From: Eledone cirrhosa
Taxonomy: Eukaryota
Direction: 5' to 3'
Length of the DNA: 64,000 nt
NCBI GenBank assembly: GCA_964016885.1
Contig: OZ024740.1
Coordinates: 137,578,001-137,642,000 of the forward strand
Shown: positions 40,001 through 54,459 of the stretch, in pieces
Numbering within the stretch: the stretch's first letter is position 1
Layout of the letters: each line of letters begins with the position of its first letter
Notes under the pieces: generated by a model
Database searches by the model: none
Seen by the model: only the letters and a program-made list of their open reading frames with translations
Told to the model about the DNA's origin: nothing
Translations under genes and position numbers: made by a program

Positions 40001-43000
40001 CAATCTCCAATTCTCTCTTTCACTTATCACTTTTCCCCCAATCTCCAATTCTCTCTTTCTATTATCACTTTTCTCTCAATCTCCAATTCTCTCTTTCTCT
40101 CATCACTTTTCTCTCCATCTCCAAGTCTCTCTTTCTCTTATCACTTTTCTATCAATCTCCAAATCTCTCTTTCTCTTCTCACTTTTATCCCAATCTCCAA
40201 TTCTCTCTTTCTCTTCTCACTTTTACCCCAATCTCCAATTCTCTCTTTCTCTCATCACTTTTCTCTCAATCTCCAATTCTCTCTTTCTCTTATCACTTTT
40301 CTCTCAATCTCCAATTCTCTCTTTCTCTTATCACTTTTCCCCCATCTCCAATTCTCTCTTTCTCTTATCACTTTTCTCTCAATCTCCAATTCTCTCTTTC
40401 CCTTATCACTTTTATCTCAATCTCCAATTCTCTCTTTCTCAAATAACTTTTCTCTCAATCTCCTATTCTCTCTTTCTCTTATCACTTTTCTCTCAATCTC
40501 CAATTCCCTCTTTCTCTTATCACTTTTCTCTCAATCTCTAATTATCTCTTTCTCTTGTCACTTTTCTCTCAATCTCCAATTCTCTCTTTCTCTTATCACT
40601 TTTCTCTCAATCTCCAATTCTCTATTTCTCTTATGATGTTTCCCCCAATCCCCAATTCTCTCTTTCTATTATCACTTTTCCCCCCAATCTCCAATTCTCT
40701 CTTTCTCTTATCACTTTTCTCTCACTCTCCAATTCTCTCTTTCTCTTATGACTTTTCCCCCAATCTCCAATTCTCTCTTTCTCTTATCCCTTTTCTCTCA
40801 ATCTCCAATTCTCTCTTTCTTTTCTCGCTTTTCCCCCAACCTCCAATTCTCTCTTTCTCTTCACACTTTTCCCCCAATCTCCAATTCTCTCTTTCTCTTA
40901 TCACTTTTCCCCCAATCTCTAATTCTCTCTTTCTCTTATCCCTTTTCTCTCAATCTCCAATTCTCTCTTTCTTTTCTCACTTTTCCCCCAATCTCCAATT
41001 CTCTATTTCTCTACACACAAATCCCCTAATCTCCAATTCTCTCTTTCACTTATCAATTTTCTCTCAATCTCCAATTCCCTCTTTCTTTTATAATTTTCTC
41101 TCAATTTCTAATTCTCTCTTTCTCTCATCACTTTTCCCCCAATCTCCAATTCTCTCTTTCTCTTATCACTTTTCTCTCAATCTCCAATTCTCTCTTTCTC
41201 TTATCACTTTTCCCCCAATCTCCAATTCTCTCTTTCTCTTATCACTTTTCTCTCACTCTCCAATTCTCTATTTCTCTTATGACGTTTCCCCCAATCCCCA
41301 ATTCTCTCTTTCTCTTATCACTTTTCTCTCAATCTCCAATTCTTTCTTTCTCTAATCACTTTTCCCCCAATCTCCAATTCTCTCTCTTTCTCTTATCACT
41401 TTTCTCTCAATCTCCAATTCTCTCTTTATCTTCTCACTTTTCTCTCAATCTCCAATCCTCTCTTTCTGTTCTCAGTTTACCCCCAATCTCCAATTTTCTC
41501 TTTCTCTTATCACTTTTCTTTTAATCTCCAATTCTCTCTTTCTCTTATCACTTTTCTCTCAATCTTCAATTCCCTCTTTCTCTTATCATTTTTCTCTCAA
41601 TCTCCAATTCTCTCTTTCTCTTATCACTTTTCTCTCAATCTCCAATTCTCTCTTTCTCTTATCACTTTTCCCCCAATCTCCAATTCTCTCTTTCTCTTAT
41701 CACTTTTCTCTCACACTCCAATTCTCTATTTCTCTTATCACTTTTCCCCCACCTCCAATTCTCTCTTTCTCTTATCAATTTTCTCTCAATCTCCAATTCT
41801 TTCTTTCTCTAATCACTTTTCTCCCAATCTCCAATTCTCTCTTTCTCTTATCACATTTCCCCCAATCTCCAATTCTCTCTTTCTCTTATCACTTTTCTCT
41901 CACTCTCCAATTCTCTCTTTCTTTTATCACTTTTCCCCCAATCTCCAATTCTCTCTTTCTCTTCTCACATTTCCCCCAATCTCCAATTCTCTCTTTCTCT
42001 TATCACTTTTCTCTCACACTCCAATTCTCTATTTCTCTTATCACTTTTCCCCCAATCTCCAATTCTCTCTTTCTCTTATCAATTTTCTCTCAATCTCCAA
42101 TTCTTTCTTTCTCTAATCACTTTTCTCCCAATCTCCAATTCTCTCTTTCTCTTATCACATTTCCCCCAATCTCCAATATTCTCTTTCTCTTATCACTTTT
42201 CTCTCAATCTCCAATTCTCTCTTTCTCTCCTCACTTTTCTCTGAATCTCCAATTCTCTCTTTATCGTCTCACTTTTCTCTGAATCTCCAATCCTCTCTTT
42301 CTGTTCTCAGTTTACTCCCATCTCCAATTCTCTCTTTCTCTTATCACTTTTCTCTCACTCTCCAATTCTCTATTTCTCTTATCACGTTTCCTCCAATCCC
42401 CAATTCTCTCTTTCTATTATCAATTTTCTCTCAATCTCCAATTCTTTCTTTCTCTAACACTTTTCCCCCAATCTCCAATTCTCTCTCTTTCTCTTATCAC
42501 TTTTCTCTCAATCTCCAATTCTCTCTTTATCTTCTCACTTTTCTCTCAATCTCCAATCCTCTCTTTCTGTTCTCAGTTTACCCCCAATCTCCAATTCTCT
42601 CTTTCTCTCATCACTTTTCTCTCAATCTCCAATTCTCTCTTTCTCTTATCACTTTTCCCCCCAATTTCCAATTCTCTCTTTCTCTTATCACCTTTACTCT
42701 CACTCTCCAATTCGCTCTTTCTCTTATGACTTTTCCCCCAATCTCCAATTCTCTCTTTCTCTTATCCCTTTTCTCTCAATCTCCAATTCTCTCTTTCTTT
42801 TCTCACTTTTCCCCCAATTTCCAATTCTCTATTTCTCTACACACAAATCCCCTAATCTCCAATTCTCTCTTTCACTTATGAATTTTCTCTCAAACTCCAA
42901 TTCTCTCTTTCTCTTATCACTTTTCTCTCAATCTCCAATTCTCTCAATCTCTTATCACTTTTCTCTCAATCTCCAATTCCCTCTTTCTCTTATCACTTTT

Positions 43001-45050
43001 CTCTCAATCTCTAATTCTCTCTTTCTCTTATCACTTTTCTCTCAATCTCCAATTCTCTCTTTCTCTTATCACTTTTCCCCCAATCTCCAATTCTCTCTTT
43101 CTCTTATCACTTTTCTCTCAATCTCCAATTCTCTCTTTCTCTTATCACTTTTCCCCCAATCTCCAATTCTCTCTTTCTCTTATCACTTTTCTCTCACTCT
43201 CCAATTCTCTCTTTTTCTTATGACTTTTCCCCCAATCTCCAATTCTCTCTTTCTCTTATCACTTTTCTCTCAATCTCCAATTCTCCTTTTCACTTATCAC
43301 TTTTTTCTCAATCTCCAATTCTCTCTTTCTCTTATCACTTTTCTCTCAATCTCCAATTCTCTCTTTCTCTTATCACTTTTCCCCCAATCTCCAATTCTCT
43401 CTTTCTCTCATCACTTTTCTCTCAATCTCCAATTCTCTCTTTCTCTTATCACTTTTCTCTCAATCTCCAATTCTCTCTTTCTCTTATCACTTTTTCCCCA
43501 ATCTCCAATTCTCTCTTTCTCTTCTCACATTTCCCCCAATCTCCAATTCTCTCTTTCTCTCATCACTTTTCTCTCAATCTCCAATTCTCTCTTTCTCTCC
43601 TCACTTTTCTCTGAATCTCCAATTCTCTCTTTATCTTCTCACTTTTCTCTCAATCTCCAATCCTCTCTTTCTGTTCTCAGTTTACTCCCAATCTCCATTT
43701 CTCTCTTTCTCTTATCACTTTTCTCTCAAACTCCAATTCTCTCTTTCTCTTATCACTTTTCCCCCAATCTCCAATTCTCTCTTTCTATTATCACTTTTCT
43801 CTCAATCTCCAATTCTCTCTTTCTCTTATCACCTTTCCCCCAATCTCCAATTCTCTCTTTCTCTTATCACTTTTCTCTCAATCTCCAATTCTCTCTTTCT
43901 CTTATCACTTTTCCCCCAATCTCCAATTCTCTCTTTCTGTTATCAATTTTCTCTCAATCTCCAATTCTTTCTTTCTCTTATCACTTTTCTCTCAATCTCC
44001 AATTCTCTCTTTCACTTATCACTTTTCCCCCAATCTCCAATTCTCTCTTTCTATTATCAGTTTTCTCTCAATCTCCAATTCTCTCTTTCTCTCATCACTT
44101 TTCTCTCCATCTCCAAGTCTCTCTTTCTCTTATCACTTTTCTATCAATCCCCAAATCTCTCTTTCTCTTCTCACTTTTCTCCCAATCTCCAATTCTCTCT
44201 TTCTCTTCTCACTTTTACCCCAATCTCCAATTCTCTCTTTCTCTCATCACTTTTCTCTCAATCTCCAATTCTCTCTTTCTCTTATCACTTTTCTCTCAAT
44301 CTCCAATTCTCTCTTTCTCTTATCACTTTTCCCCCATCTCCAATTCTCTCTTTCTCTTATAATTTTTCTCTCAATCTCCAATTCTCTCTTTCCCTTATCA
44401 CTTTTCTCTCAATCTCCAATTCTCTCTTTCTCAAATAACTTTTCTCTCAATCTCCTATTCTCTCTTTCTCTTATCACTTTTCTCTCAATCTCCAATTCCC
44501 TCTTTCTCTTATCACTTTTCTCTCAATCTCCAATTCTCTATTTCTCTTATGACGTTTCCCCCAATCCCCAATTCTCTCTTTCTATTATCACTTTTCCCCC
44601 AATCTCCAATTCTCTCTTTCTCTTATCACTTTTCTCTCACTCTCCAATTCTCTCTTTCTCTTATGACGTTTCCCCCAATCTCCAATTCTCTCTTTCTCTT
44701 ATCCCTTTTCTCTCAATCTCCAATTCTCTCTTTCTTTTCTCGCTTTTCCCCCAACCTCCAATTCTCTCTTTCTCTTCACACTTTTCCCCCAATCTCCAAT
44801 TCTCTCTTTCTCTTATCACTTTTCCCCCAATCTCTAATTCTCACTTTCTCTTATCCCTTTTCTCTCAATCTCCAATTCTCTCTTTCTTTTCTCACTTTTC
44901 CCCCAATCTCCAATTCTCTATTTCTCTACACACAAATCCCCTAATCTCCAATTCTCTCTTTCACTTATCAATTTTCTCTCAATCTCCAAATCTCTCTTAG
45001 TCTTATCACTTTTCTCTCAATCTCCAATTCTCTCAATCTCTTATCAATTT
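33900..45050. repeat. 6157/6195-bp offset duplication (162-163 monomers)
   Basis: ORF pairs 34398/40555, 35122/41279 and 36721/42878 are offset by 6157. ORF pair 38354/44549 and marker TTAGTC at 38802/44997 are offset by 6195, i.e. one monomer more. Confidence 0.88.
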
Positions 45051-48000
45051 TCTCTCAATCTCCAATTCCCTCTTTCTTTTATAATTTTCTCTCAATCTCT
45101 AATTCTCTCTTTCTCTCATCACTTTTCCCCCAATCTCCAATTCTCTCTTTCTCTCATCACTTTTCTCTCAATCTCCAATTCTCTCTTTCTCTTATCACTT
45201 TTCTCTCACTCTCCAATTCTCTATTTCTCTTATGACGTTTCCCCCAATCCCCAATTCTCTCTTTCTATTATCAATTTTCTCTCAATCTCCAATTCTTTCT
45301 TTCTCTAATCACTTTTCCCCCAATCTCCAATTCTCTCTCTTTCTCTTATCACTTTTCTCTCAATCTCCAATTCTCTCTTTATCTTCTCACTTTTCTCTCA
45401 ATCTCCAATCCTCTCTTTCTGTTCTCAGTTTACCCCCAATCTCCAATTCTCTCTTTCTCTTATCACTTTTCTTTTAATCTCCAATTCTCTCTTTCTCTTA
45501 TCACTTTTCTCTCAATCTTCAATTCCCTCTTTCTCTTATCACTTTTCTCTCAATCTCCAATTCTCTCTTTCTCTTATCACTTTTCTCTCAATCTCCAATT
45601 CTCTCTTTCTCTTATCACTTTTCCCCCAATCTCCAATTCTCTCTTTCTCTTATCACTTTTCTCTCACACTCCAATTCTCTATTTCTCTTATCACTTTTCC
45701 CCCAATCTCCAATTCTCTCTTTCTCTTATCAATTTTCTCTCAATCTCCAATTCTTTCTTTCTCTAATCACTTTTCTCCCAATCTCCAATTCTCTCTTTCT
45801 CTTATCACATTTCCCCCAATCTCCAATTCTCTCTTTCTCTTATCACTTTTCTCTCACTCTCCAATTCTCTCTTTCTTTTATCACTTTTCCCCCAATCTCC
45901 AATTCTCTCTTTCTCTTATCAATTTTCTCTCAATCTCCACTTCTTTCTTTCTCTAATCACTTTTCTCTCAATCTCCAATTCTCTCTTTCTCTTATCACTT
46001 TTCTCCCAATCTCCAATTCTCTCTTTCTCTCATCACTTTTCTCTCAATCTCCAATTCTCTCTTTCTCTTATCACTTTTCTCTCAAACTCCAATTCTCTCT
46101 TTCTCTTATCACTTTTTCCCCAATCTCCAATTCTCTCTTTCTCTTCTCACATTTCCCCCAATCTCCAATTCTCTCTTTCTCTCATCACTTTTCTCTCAAT
46201 CTCCAATTCTCTCTTTCACTCCTCACTTTTCTCTGAATCTCCAATTCTCTCTTTATCGACTCACTTTTCTCTCAATCTCCAATCCTCTCTTTCTGTTCTC
46301 AGTTTACTCCCAATCTCCAATTCTCTCTTTCTCTTATCACTTTTCTCTCACTCTCCAATTCTCTATTTCTCTTATGACGTTTCCCCCAATCCCCAATTCT
46401 CTCTTTCTATTATCAATTTTCTCTCAATCTCCAATTCTTTCTTTCTCTAATCACTTTTCCCCCAATCTCCAATTCTCTCTCTTTCTCTTATCACTTTTCT
46501 CTCAATCTCAATTCTCTCTTTATCTTCTCACTTTTCTCTCAATCTCCAATCCTCTCTTTCTGTTCTCAGTTTACCCCCAATCTCCAATTCTCTCTTTCTC
46601 TCATCACTTTTCTCTCAATCTCCAATTCTCTCTTTCTCTTATCACTTTTCCCCCCAATCTCCAATTCTCTCTTTCTCTTATCACTTTACTCTCACTCTCC
46701 AATTCGCTCTTTCTCTTATGACTTTTCCCCCAATCTCCAATTCTCTATTTCTCTACACACAAATCCCCTAATCTCCAATTCTCTCTTTCACTTATGAAAT
46801 TTCTCTCAAACTCCAATTCTCTCTTTCTCTTATCACTTTTCTCTCAATCTCCAATTCTCTCAATCTCTTATCACTTTTCTCTCAATCTCCAATTCCCTCT
46901 TTCTCTTATCACTTTTCTCTCAATCTCTAATTCTCTCTTTCTCTTATCACTTTTCTCTCAATCTCCAATTCTCTCTTTCTCTTATCACTTTTCCCCCAAT
47001 CTCCAATTCTCTCTTTCTCTTATCACTTTTCTCTCAATCTCCAATTCTCTCTTTCTCTTATCACTTTTCCCCCAATCTCCAATTCTCTCTTTCTCTTATC
47101 ACTTTTCTCTCACTCTCCAATTCTCTCTTTTTCTCATGACTTTTCCGCCCATCTCCAATTCTCTCTTTCTCTTATCAATTTTCTCTCAATCTCCAAATCT
47201 TTCTTTCTCTAATCACTTTTCCCCCAATCTCCAATTCTCTCTTTCTCTTATCACTTTTCTCTCAATCTCCAATTCTCCTTTTCACTTATCACTTTTTTCT
47301 CAATCTCCAATTCTCTCTTTCTCTTATCACTTTTCTCTCAATCTCCAATTCTCTCTTTCTCTTATCACTTTTCCCCCAATCTCCAATTCTCTCTTTCTCT
47401 CATCACTTTTCTCTCAATCTCCAATTCTCTCTTTCTCTTATCACTTTTCCCCCAATCTCCAATTCTCTCTTTCTCTTATCACTTTTCTCTCACTCTCCAA
47501 TTCTCTCTTTCTCTTATGACTTTTCCCCCAATCTCCAATTCTCTCTTTCTCTTATCAATTTTCTCTCAATCTCCAATTCTTTCTTTCTCTAATCACTTTT
47601 CCCCCAATCTCCAATTCTCTCTTTCTCTTATCACTTTTCTCTCAATCTCCAATTCTCTCTTTCCCTTATCACTTTTCTCTCAATCTCCAATTCTCTCTTT
47701 CTCAAATAACTTTTCTCTCAATCTCCTATTCTCTCTTTCTCTTATCACTTTTCTCTCAATCTCCAATTCCCTCTTTCTCTTATCACTTTTCTCTCAATCT
47801 CCAATTCTCTATTTCTCTTATGACGTTTCCCCCAATCCCCAATTCTCTCTTTCTATTATCACTTTTCCCCCAATCTCCAATTCTCTCTTTCTCTTATCAC
47901 TTTTCTCTCACTCTCCAATTCTCTCTTTCTCTTATGACTTTTCCCCCAATCTCCAATTCTCTCTTTCTCTTATCCCTTTTCTCTCAATCTCCAATTCTCT

Positions 48001-51000
48001 CTTTCTTTTCTCGCTTTTCCCCCAACCTCCAATTCTCTCTTTCTCTTCACACTTTTCCCCCAATCTCCAATTCTCTCTTTCTCTTATCACTTTTCCCCCA
48101 ATCTCTAATTCTCACTTTCTCTTATCCCTTTTCTCTCAATCTCCAATTCTCTCTTTCTTTTCTCACTTTTCCCCCAATCTCCAATTCTCTATTTCTCTAC
48201 ACACAAATCCCCTAATCTCCAATTCTCTCTTTCACTTATCAATTTTCTCTCAATCTCCAAATCTCTCTTAGTCTTATCACTTTTCTCTCAATCTCCAATT
48301 CTCTCAATCTCTTATCAATTTTCTCTCAATCTCCAATTCCCTCTTTCTTTTATAATTTTCTCTCAATCTCTAATTCTCTCTTTCTCTCATCACTTTTCCC
48401 CCAATCTCCAATTCTCTCTTTCTCTTATCACTTTTCTCTCAATCTCCAATTCTCTCTTTCTCTTATCACTTTTCTCTCACTCTCCAATTCTCTATTTCTC
48501 TTATGACGTTTCCCCCAATCCCCAATTCTCTCTTTCTATTATCAATTTTCTCTCAATCTCCAATTCTTTCTTTCTCTAATCACTTTTCCCCCAATCTCCA
48601 ATTCTCTCTCTTTCTCTTATCACTTTTCTCTCAATCTCCAATTCTCTCTTTATCTTCTCACTTTTCTCTCAATCTCCAATCCTCTCTTTCTGTTCTCAGT
48701 TTACCCCCAATCTCCAATTCTCTCTTTCTATTATCAGTTTTCTCTCAATCTCCAATTCTCTCTTTCTCTCATCACTTTTCTCTCCATCTCCAAGTCTCTC
48801 TTTCTCTTATCACTTTTCTATCAATCTCCAAATCTCTCTTTCTCTTCTCACTTTTCTCCCAATCTCCAATTCTCTCTTTCTCTTCTCACTTTTACCCCAA
48901 TCTCCAATTCTCTCTTTCTCTCATCACTTTTCTCTCAATCTCCAATTCTCTCTTTCTCTTATCACTTTTCTCTCAATCTCCAATTCTCTCTTTCTCTTAT
49001 CACTTTTCCCCCATCTCCAATTCTCTCTTTCTCTTATAATTTTTCTCTCAATCTCCAATTCTCTCTTTCCCTTATCACTTTTCTCTCAATCTCCAATTCT
49101 CTCTTTCTCAAATAACTTTTCTCTCAATCTCCTATTCTCTCTTTCTCTTATCACTTTTCTCTCAATCTCCAATTCCCTCTTTCTCTTATCACTTTTCTCT
49201 CAATCTCCAATTCTCTATTTCTCTTATGACGTTTCCCCCAATCCCCAATTCTCTCTTTCTATTATCACTTTTCCCCCAATCTCCAATTCTCTCTTTCTCT
49301 TATCACTTTTCTCTCACTCTCCAATTCTCTCTTTCTCTTATGACGTTTCCCCCAACCTCCAATTCTCTCTTTCTCTTATCCCTTTTCTCTCAATCTCCAA
49401 TTCTCTCTTTCTTTTCTCGCTTTTCCCCCAACCTCCAATTCTCTCGTTCTCTTCACACTTTTCCCCCAATCTCCAATTCTCTCTTTCTCTTATCACTTTT
49501 CCCCCAATCTCTAATTCTCACTTTCTCTTATCCCTTTTCTCTCAATCTCCAATTCTCTCTTTCTTTTCTCACTTTTCCCCCAATCTCCAATTCTCTATTT
49601 CTCTACACACAAATCCCCTAATCTCCAATTCTCTCTTTCACTTATCAATTTTCTCTCAATCTCCAAATCTCTCTTAGTCTTATCACTTTTCTCTCAATCT
49701 CCAATTCTCTCAATCTCTTATCAATTTTCTCTCAATCTCCAATTCCCTCTTTCTTTTATAATTTTCTCTCAATCTCTAATTCTCTCTTTCTCTCATCACT
49801 TTTCCCCCAATCTCCAATTCTCTCTTTCTCTCATCACTTTTCTCTCAATCTCCAATTCTCTCTTTCTCTTATCACTTTTCTCTCACTCTCCAATTCTCTA
49901 TTTCTCTTATGACGTTTCCCCCAATCCCCAATTCTCTCTTTCTATTATCAATTTTCTCTCAATCTCCAATTCTTTCTTTCTCTAATCACTTTTCCCCCAA
50001 TCTCCAATTCTCTCTCTTTCTCTTATCACTTTTCTCTCAATCTCCAATTCTCTCTTTATCTTCTCACTTTTCTCTCAATCTCCAATCCTCTCTTTCTGTT
50101 CTCAGTTTACCCCCAATCTCCAATTCTCTCTTTCTCTTATCACTTTTCTTTTAATCTCCAATTCTCTCTTTCTCTTATCACTTTTCTCTCAATCTTCAAT
50201 TCCCTCTTTCTCTTATCACTTTTCTCTCAATCTCCAATTCTCTCTTTCTCTTATCACTTTTCTCTCAATCTCCAATTCTCTCTTTCTCTTATCACTTTTC
50301 CCCCAATCTCCAATTCTCTCTTTCTCTTATCACTTTTCTCTCACACTCCAATTCTCTATTTCTCTTATCACTTTTCCGCCAATCTCCAATTCTCTCTTTC
50401 TCTTATCAATTTTCTCTCAATCTCCAATTCTTTCTTTCTCTAATCACTTTTCTCCCAATCTCCAATTCTCTCTTTCTCTTATCACATTTCCCCCAATCTC
50501 CAATTCTCTCTTTCTCTTATCACTTTTCTCTCACTCTCCAATTCTCTCTTTCTTTTATCACTTTTCCCCCAATCTCCAATTCTCTCTTTCTCTTATCAAT
50601 TTTCTCTCAATCTCCACTTCTTTCTTTCTCTAATCACTTTTCTCTCAATCTCCAATTCTCTCTTTCTCTTATCACTTTTCCCCCAATCTCCAATTCTCTC
50701 TTTCTCTCATCACTTTTCTCTCAATCTCCAATTCTCTCTTTCTCTTATCACTTTTCTCTCAAACTCCAATTCTCTCTTTCTCTTATCACTTTTTCCCCAA
50801 TCTCCAATTCTCTCTTTCTCTTCTCACATTTCCCCCAATCTCCAATTCTCTCTTTCTCTCATCACTTTTCTCTCAATCTCCAATTCTCTCTTTCACTCCT
50901 CACTTTTCTCTGAATCTCCAATTCTCTCTTTATCGACTCACTTTTCTCTCAATCTCCAATCCTCTCTTTCTGTTCTCAGTTTACTCCCAATCTCCAATTC

Positions 51001-54000
51001 TCTCTTTCTCTTATCACTTTTCTCTCACTCTCCAATTCTCTATTTCTCTTATGACGTTTCCCCCAATCCCCAATTCTCTCTTTCTATTATCAATTTTCTC
51101 TCAATCTCCAATTCTTTCTTTCTCTAATCACTTTTCCCCCAATCTCCAATTCTCTCTCTTTCTCTTATCACTTTTCTCTCAATCTCCAATTCTCTCTTTA
51201 TCTTCTCACTTTTCTCTCAATCTCCAATCCTCTCTTTCTGTTCTCAGTTTACCCCCAATCTCCAATTCTCTCTTTCTCTCATCACTTTTCTCTCAATCTC
51301 CAATTCTCTCTTTCTCTTATCACTTTTCCCCCCAATCTCCAATTCTCTCTTTCTCTTATCACTTTACTCTCACTCTCCAATTCGCTCTTTCTCTTATGAC
51401 TTTTCCCCCAATCTCCAATTCTCTATTTCTCTACACACAAATCCCCTAATCTCCAATTCTCTCTTTCACTTATGAAATTTCTCTCAAACTCCAATTCTCT
51501 CTTTCTCTTATCACTTTTCTCTCAATCTCCAATTCTCTCAATCTCTTATCACTTTTCTCTCAATCTCCAATTCCCTCTTTCTCTTATCACTTTTCTCTCA
51601 ATCTCTAATTCTCTCTTTCTCTTATCACTTTTCTCTCAATCTCCAATTCTCTCTTTCTCTTATCACTTTTCCCCCAATCTCCAATTCTCTCTTTCTCTTA
51701 TCACTTTTCTCTCAATCTCCAATTCTCTCTTTCTCTTATCACTTTTCCCCCAATCTCCAATTCTCTCTTTCTCTTATCACTTTTCTCTCACTCTCCAATT
51801 CTCTCTTTTTCTCATGACTTTTCCGCCCATCTCCAATTCTCTCTTTCTCTTATCAATTTTCTCTCAATCTCCAATTCTTTCTTTCTCTAATCACTTTTCC
51901 CCCAATCTCCAATTCTCTCTTTCTCTTATCACTTTTCTCTCAATCTCCAATTCTCCTTTTCACTTATCACTTTTTTCTCAATCTCCAATTCTCTCTTTCT
52001 CTTATCACTTTTCTCTCAATCTCCAATTCTCTCTTTCTCTTATCACTTTTCCCCCAATCTCCAATTCTCTCTTTCTCTCATCACTTTTCTCTCAATCTCC
52101 AATTCTCTCTTTCTCTTATCACTTTTCCCCCAATCTCCAATTCTCTCTTTCTCTTATCACTTTTCTCTCACTCTCCAATTCTCTCTTTCTCTTATGACTT
52201 TTCCCCCAATCTCCAATTCTCTCTTTCTCTTATCAATTTTCTCTCAATCTCCAATTCTTTCTTTCTCTAATCACTTTTCCCCCAATCTCCAATTCTCTCT
52301 TTCTCTTATCACTTTTCTCTCAATCTCCAATTCTCTCTTTCCCTTATCACTTTTCTCTCAATCTCCAATTCTCTCTTTCTCAAATAACTTTTCTCTCAAT
52401 CTCCTATTCTCTCTTTCTCTTATCACTTTTCTCTCAATCTCCAATTCCCTCTTTCTCTTATCACTTTTCTCTCAATCTCCAATTCTCTATTTCTCTTATG
52501 ACGTTTCCCCCAATCCCCAATTCTCTCTTTCTATTATCACTTTTCCCCCAATCTCCAATTCTCTCTTTCTCTTATCACTTTTCTCTCACTCTCCAATTCT
52601 CTCTTTCTCTTATGACTTTTCCCCCAATCTCCAATTCTCTCTTTCTCTTATCCCTTTTCTCTCAATCTCCAATTCTCTCTTTCTTTTCTCGCTTTTCCCC
52701 CAACCTCCAATTCTCTCTTTCTCTTCACACTTTTCCCCCAATCTCCAATTCTCTCTTTCTCTTATCACTTTTCCCCCAATCTCTAATTCTCACTTTCTCT
52801 TATCCCTTTTCTCTCAATCTCCAATTCTCTCTTTCTTTTCTCACTTTTCCCCCAATCTCCAATTCTCTATTTCTCTACACACAAATCCCCTAATCTCCAA
52901 TTCTCTCTTTCACTTATCAATTTTCTCTCAATCTCCAAATCTCTCTTAGTCTTATCACTTTTCTCTCAATCTCCAATTCTCTCAATCTCTTATCAATTTT
53001 CTCTCAATCTCCAATTCCCTCTTTCTTTTATAATTTTCTCTCAATCTCTAATTCTCTCTTTCTCTCATCACTTTTCCCCCAATCTCCAATTCTCTCTTTC
53101 TCTTATCACTTTTCTCTCAATCTCCAATTCTCTCTTTCTCTTATCACTTTTCTCTCACTCTCCAATTCTCTATTTCTCTTATGACGTTTCCCCCAATCCC
53201 CAATTCTCTCTTTCTATTATCAATTTTCTCTCAATCTCCAATTCTTTCTTTCTCTAATCACTTTTCCCCCAATCTCCAATTCTCTCTCTTTCTCTTATCA
53301 CTTTTCTCTCAATCTCCAATTCTCTCTTTATCTTCTCACTTTTCTCTCAATCTCCAATCCTCTCTTTCTGTTCTCAGTTTACCCCCAATCTCCAATTCTC
53401 TCTTTCTCTTATCACTTTTCTTTTAATCTCCAATTCTCTCTTTCTCTTATCACTTTTCTCTCAATCTTCAATTCCCTCTTTCTCTTATCACTTTTCTCTC
53501 AATCTCCAATTCTCTCTTTCTCTTATCACTTTTCTCTCAATCTCCAATTCTCTCTTTCTCTTATCACTTTTCCCCCAATCTCCAATTCTCTCTTTCTCTT
53601 ATCACTTTTCTCTCACATTCCAATTCTCTATTTCTCTTATCACTTTTCCCCCAATCTCCAATTCTCTCTTTCTCTTATCAATTTTCTCTCAATCTCCAAT
53701 TCTTTCTTTCTCTAATCACTTTTCTCCCAATCTCCAATTCTCTCTTTCTCTTATCACATTTCCCCCAATCTCCAATTCTCTCTTTCTCTTATCACTTTTC
53801 TCTCACTCTCCAATTCTCTCTTTCTTTTATCACTTTTCCCCCAATCTCCAATTCTCTCTTTCTCTTATCAATTTTCTCTCAATCTCCACTTCTTTCTTTC
53901 TCTAATCACCTTTCTCTCAATCTCCAATTCTCTCTTTCTCTTATCACTTTTCCCCCAATCTCCAATTCTCTCTTTCTCTCATCACTTTTCTCTCAATCTC

Positions 54001-54450
54001 CAATTCTCTCTTTCTCTTATCACTTTTCTCTCAAACTCCAATTCTCTCTTTCTCTTATCACTTTTTCCCCAATCTCCAATTCTCTCTTTCTCTTCTCACA
54101 TTTCCCCCAATCTCCAATTCTCTCTTTCTCTCATCACTTTTCTCTCAATCTCCAATTCTCTCTTTCACTCCTCATTTTTCTCTGAATCTCCAATTCTCTC
54201 TTTATCGACTCACTTTTCTCTCAATCTCCAATCCTCTCTTTCTGTTCTCAGTTTACTCCCAATCTCCAATTCTCTCTTTCTCTTATCACTTTTCTCTCAC
54301 TCTCCAATTCTCTATTTCTCTTATGACGTTTCCCCCAATCCCCAATTCTCTCTTTCTATTATCAATTTTCTCTCAATCTCCAATTCTTTCTTTCTCTAAT
54401 CACTTTTCCCCCAATCTCCAATTCTCTCTCTTTCTCTTATCACTTTTCTC
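44040..54450. repeat. 4677/4678-bp tandem duplication overlapping a 3271/3272-bp periodicity
   Basis: ORF pairs 44549/49226, 45232/49909, 46374/51051, 46794/51472, 47516/52194 and 47820/52498 give the 4677/4678 offset. Pairs 44549/47820, 49226/52498, 49909/53181 and 51051/54323 give 3271/3272. CTATTATCAG at 44051/48728 marks a junction near 48.72 kb. Confidence 0.9.
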
Positions 54451-54459
54451 TCAATCTCC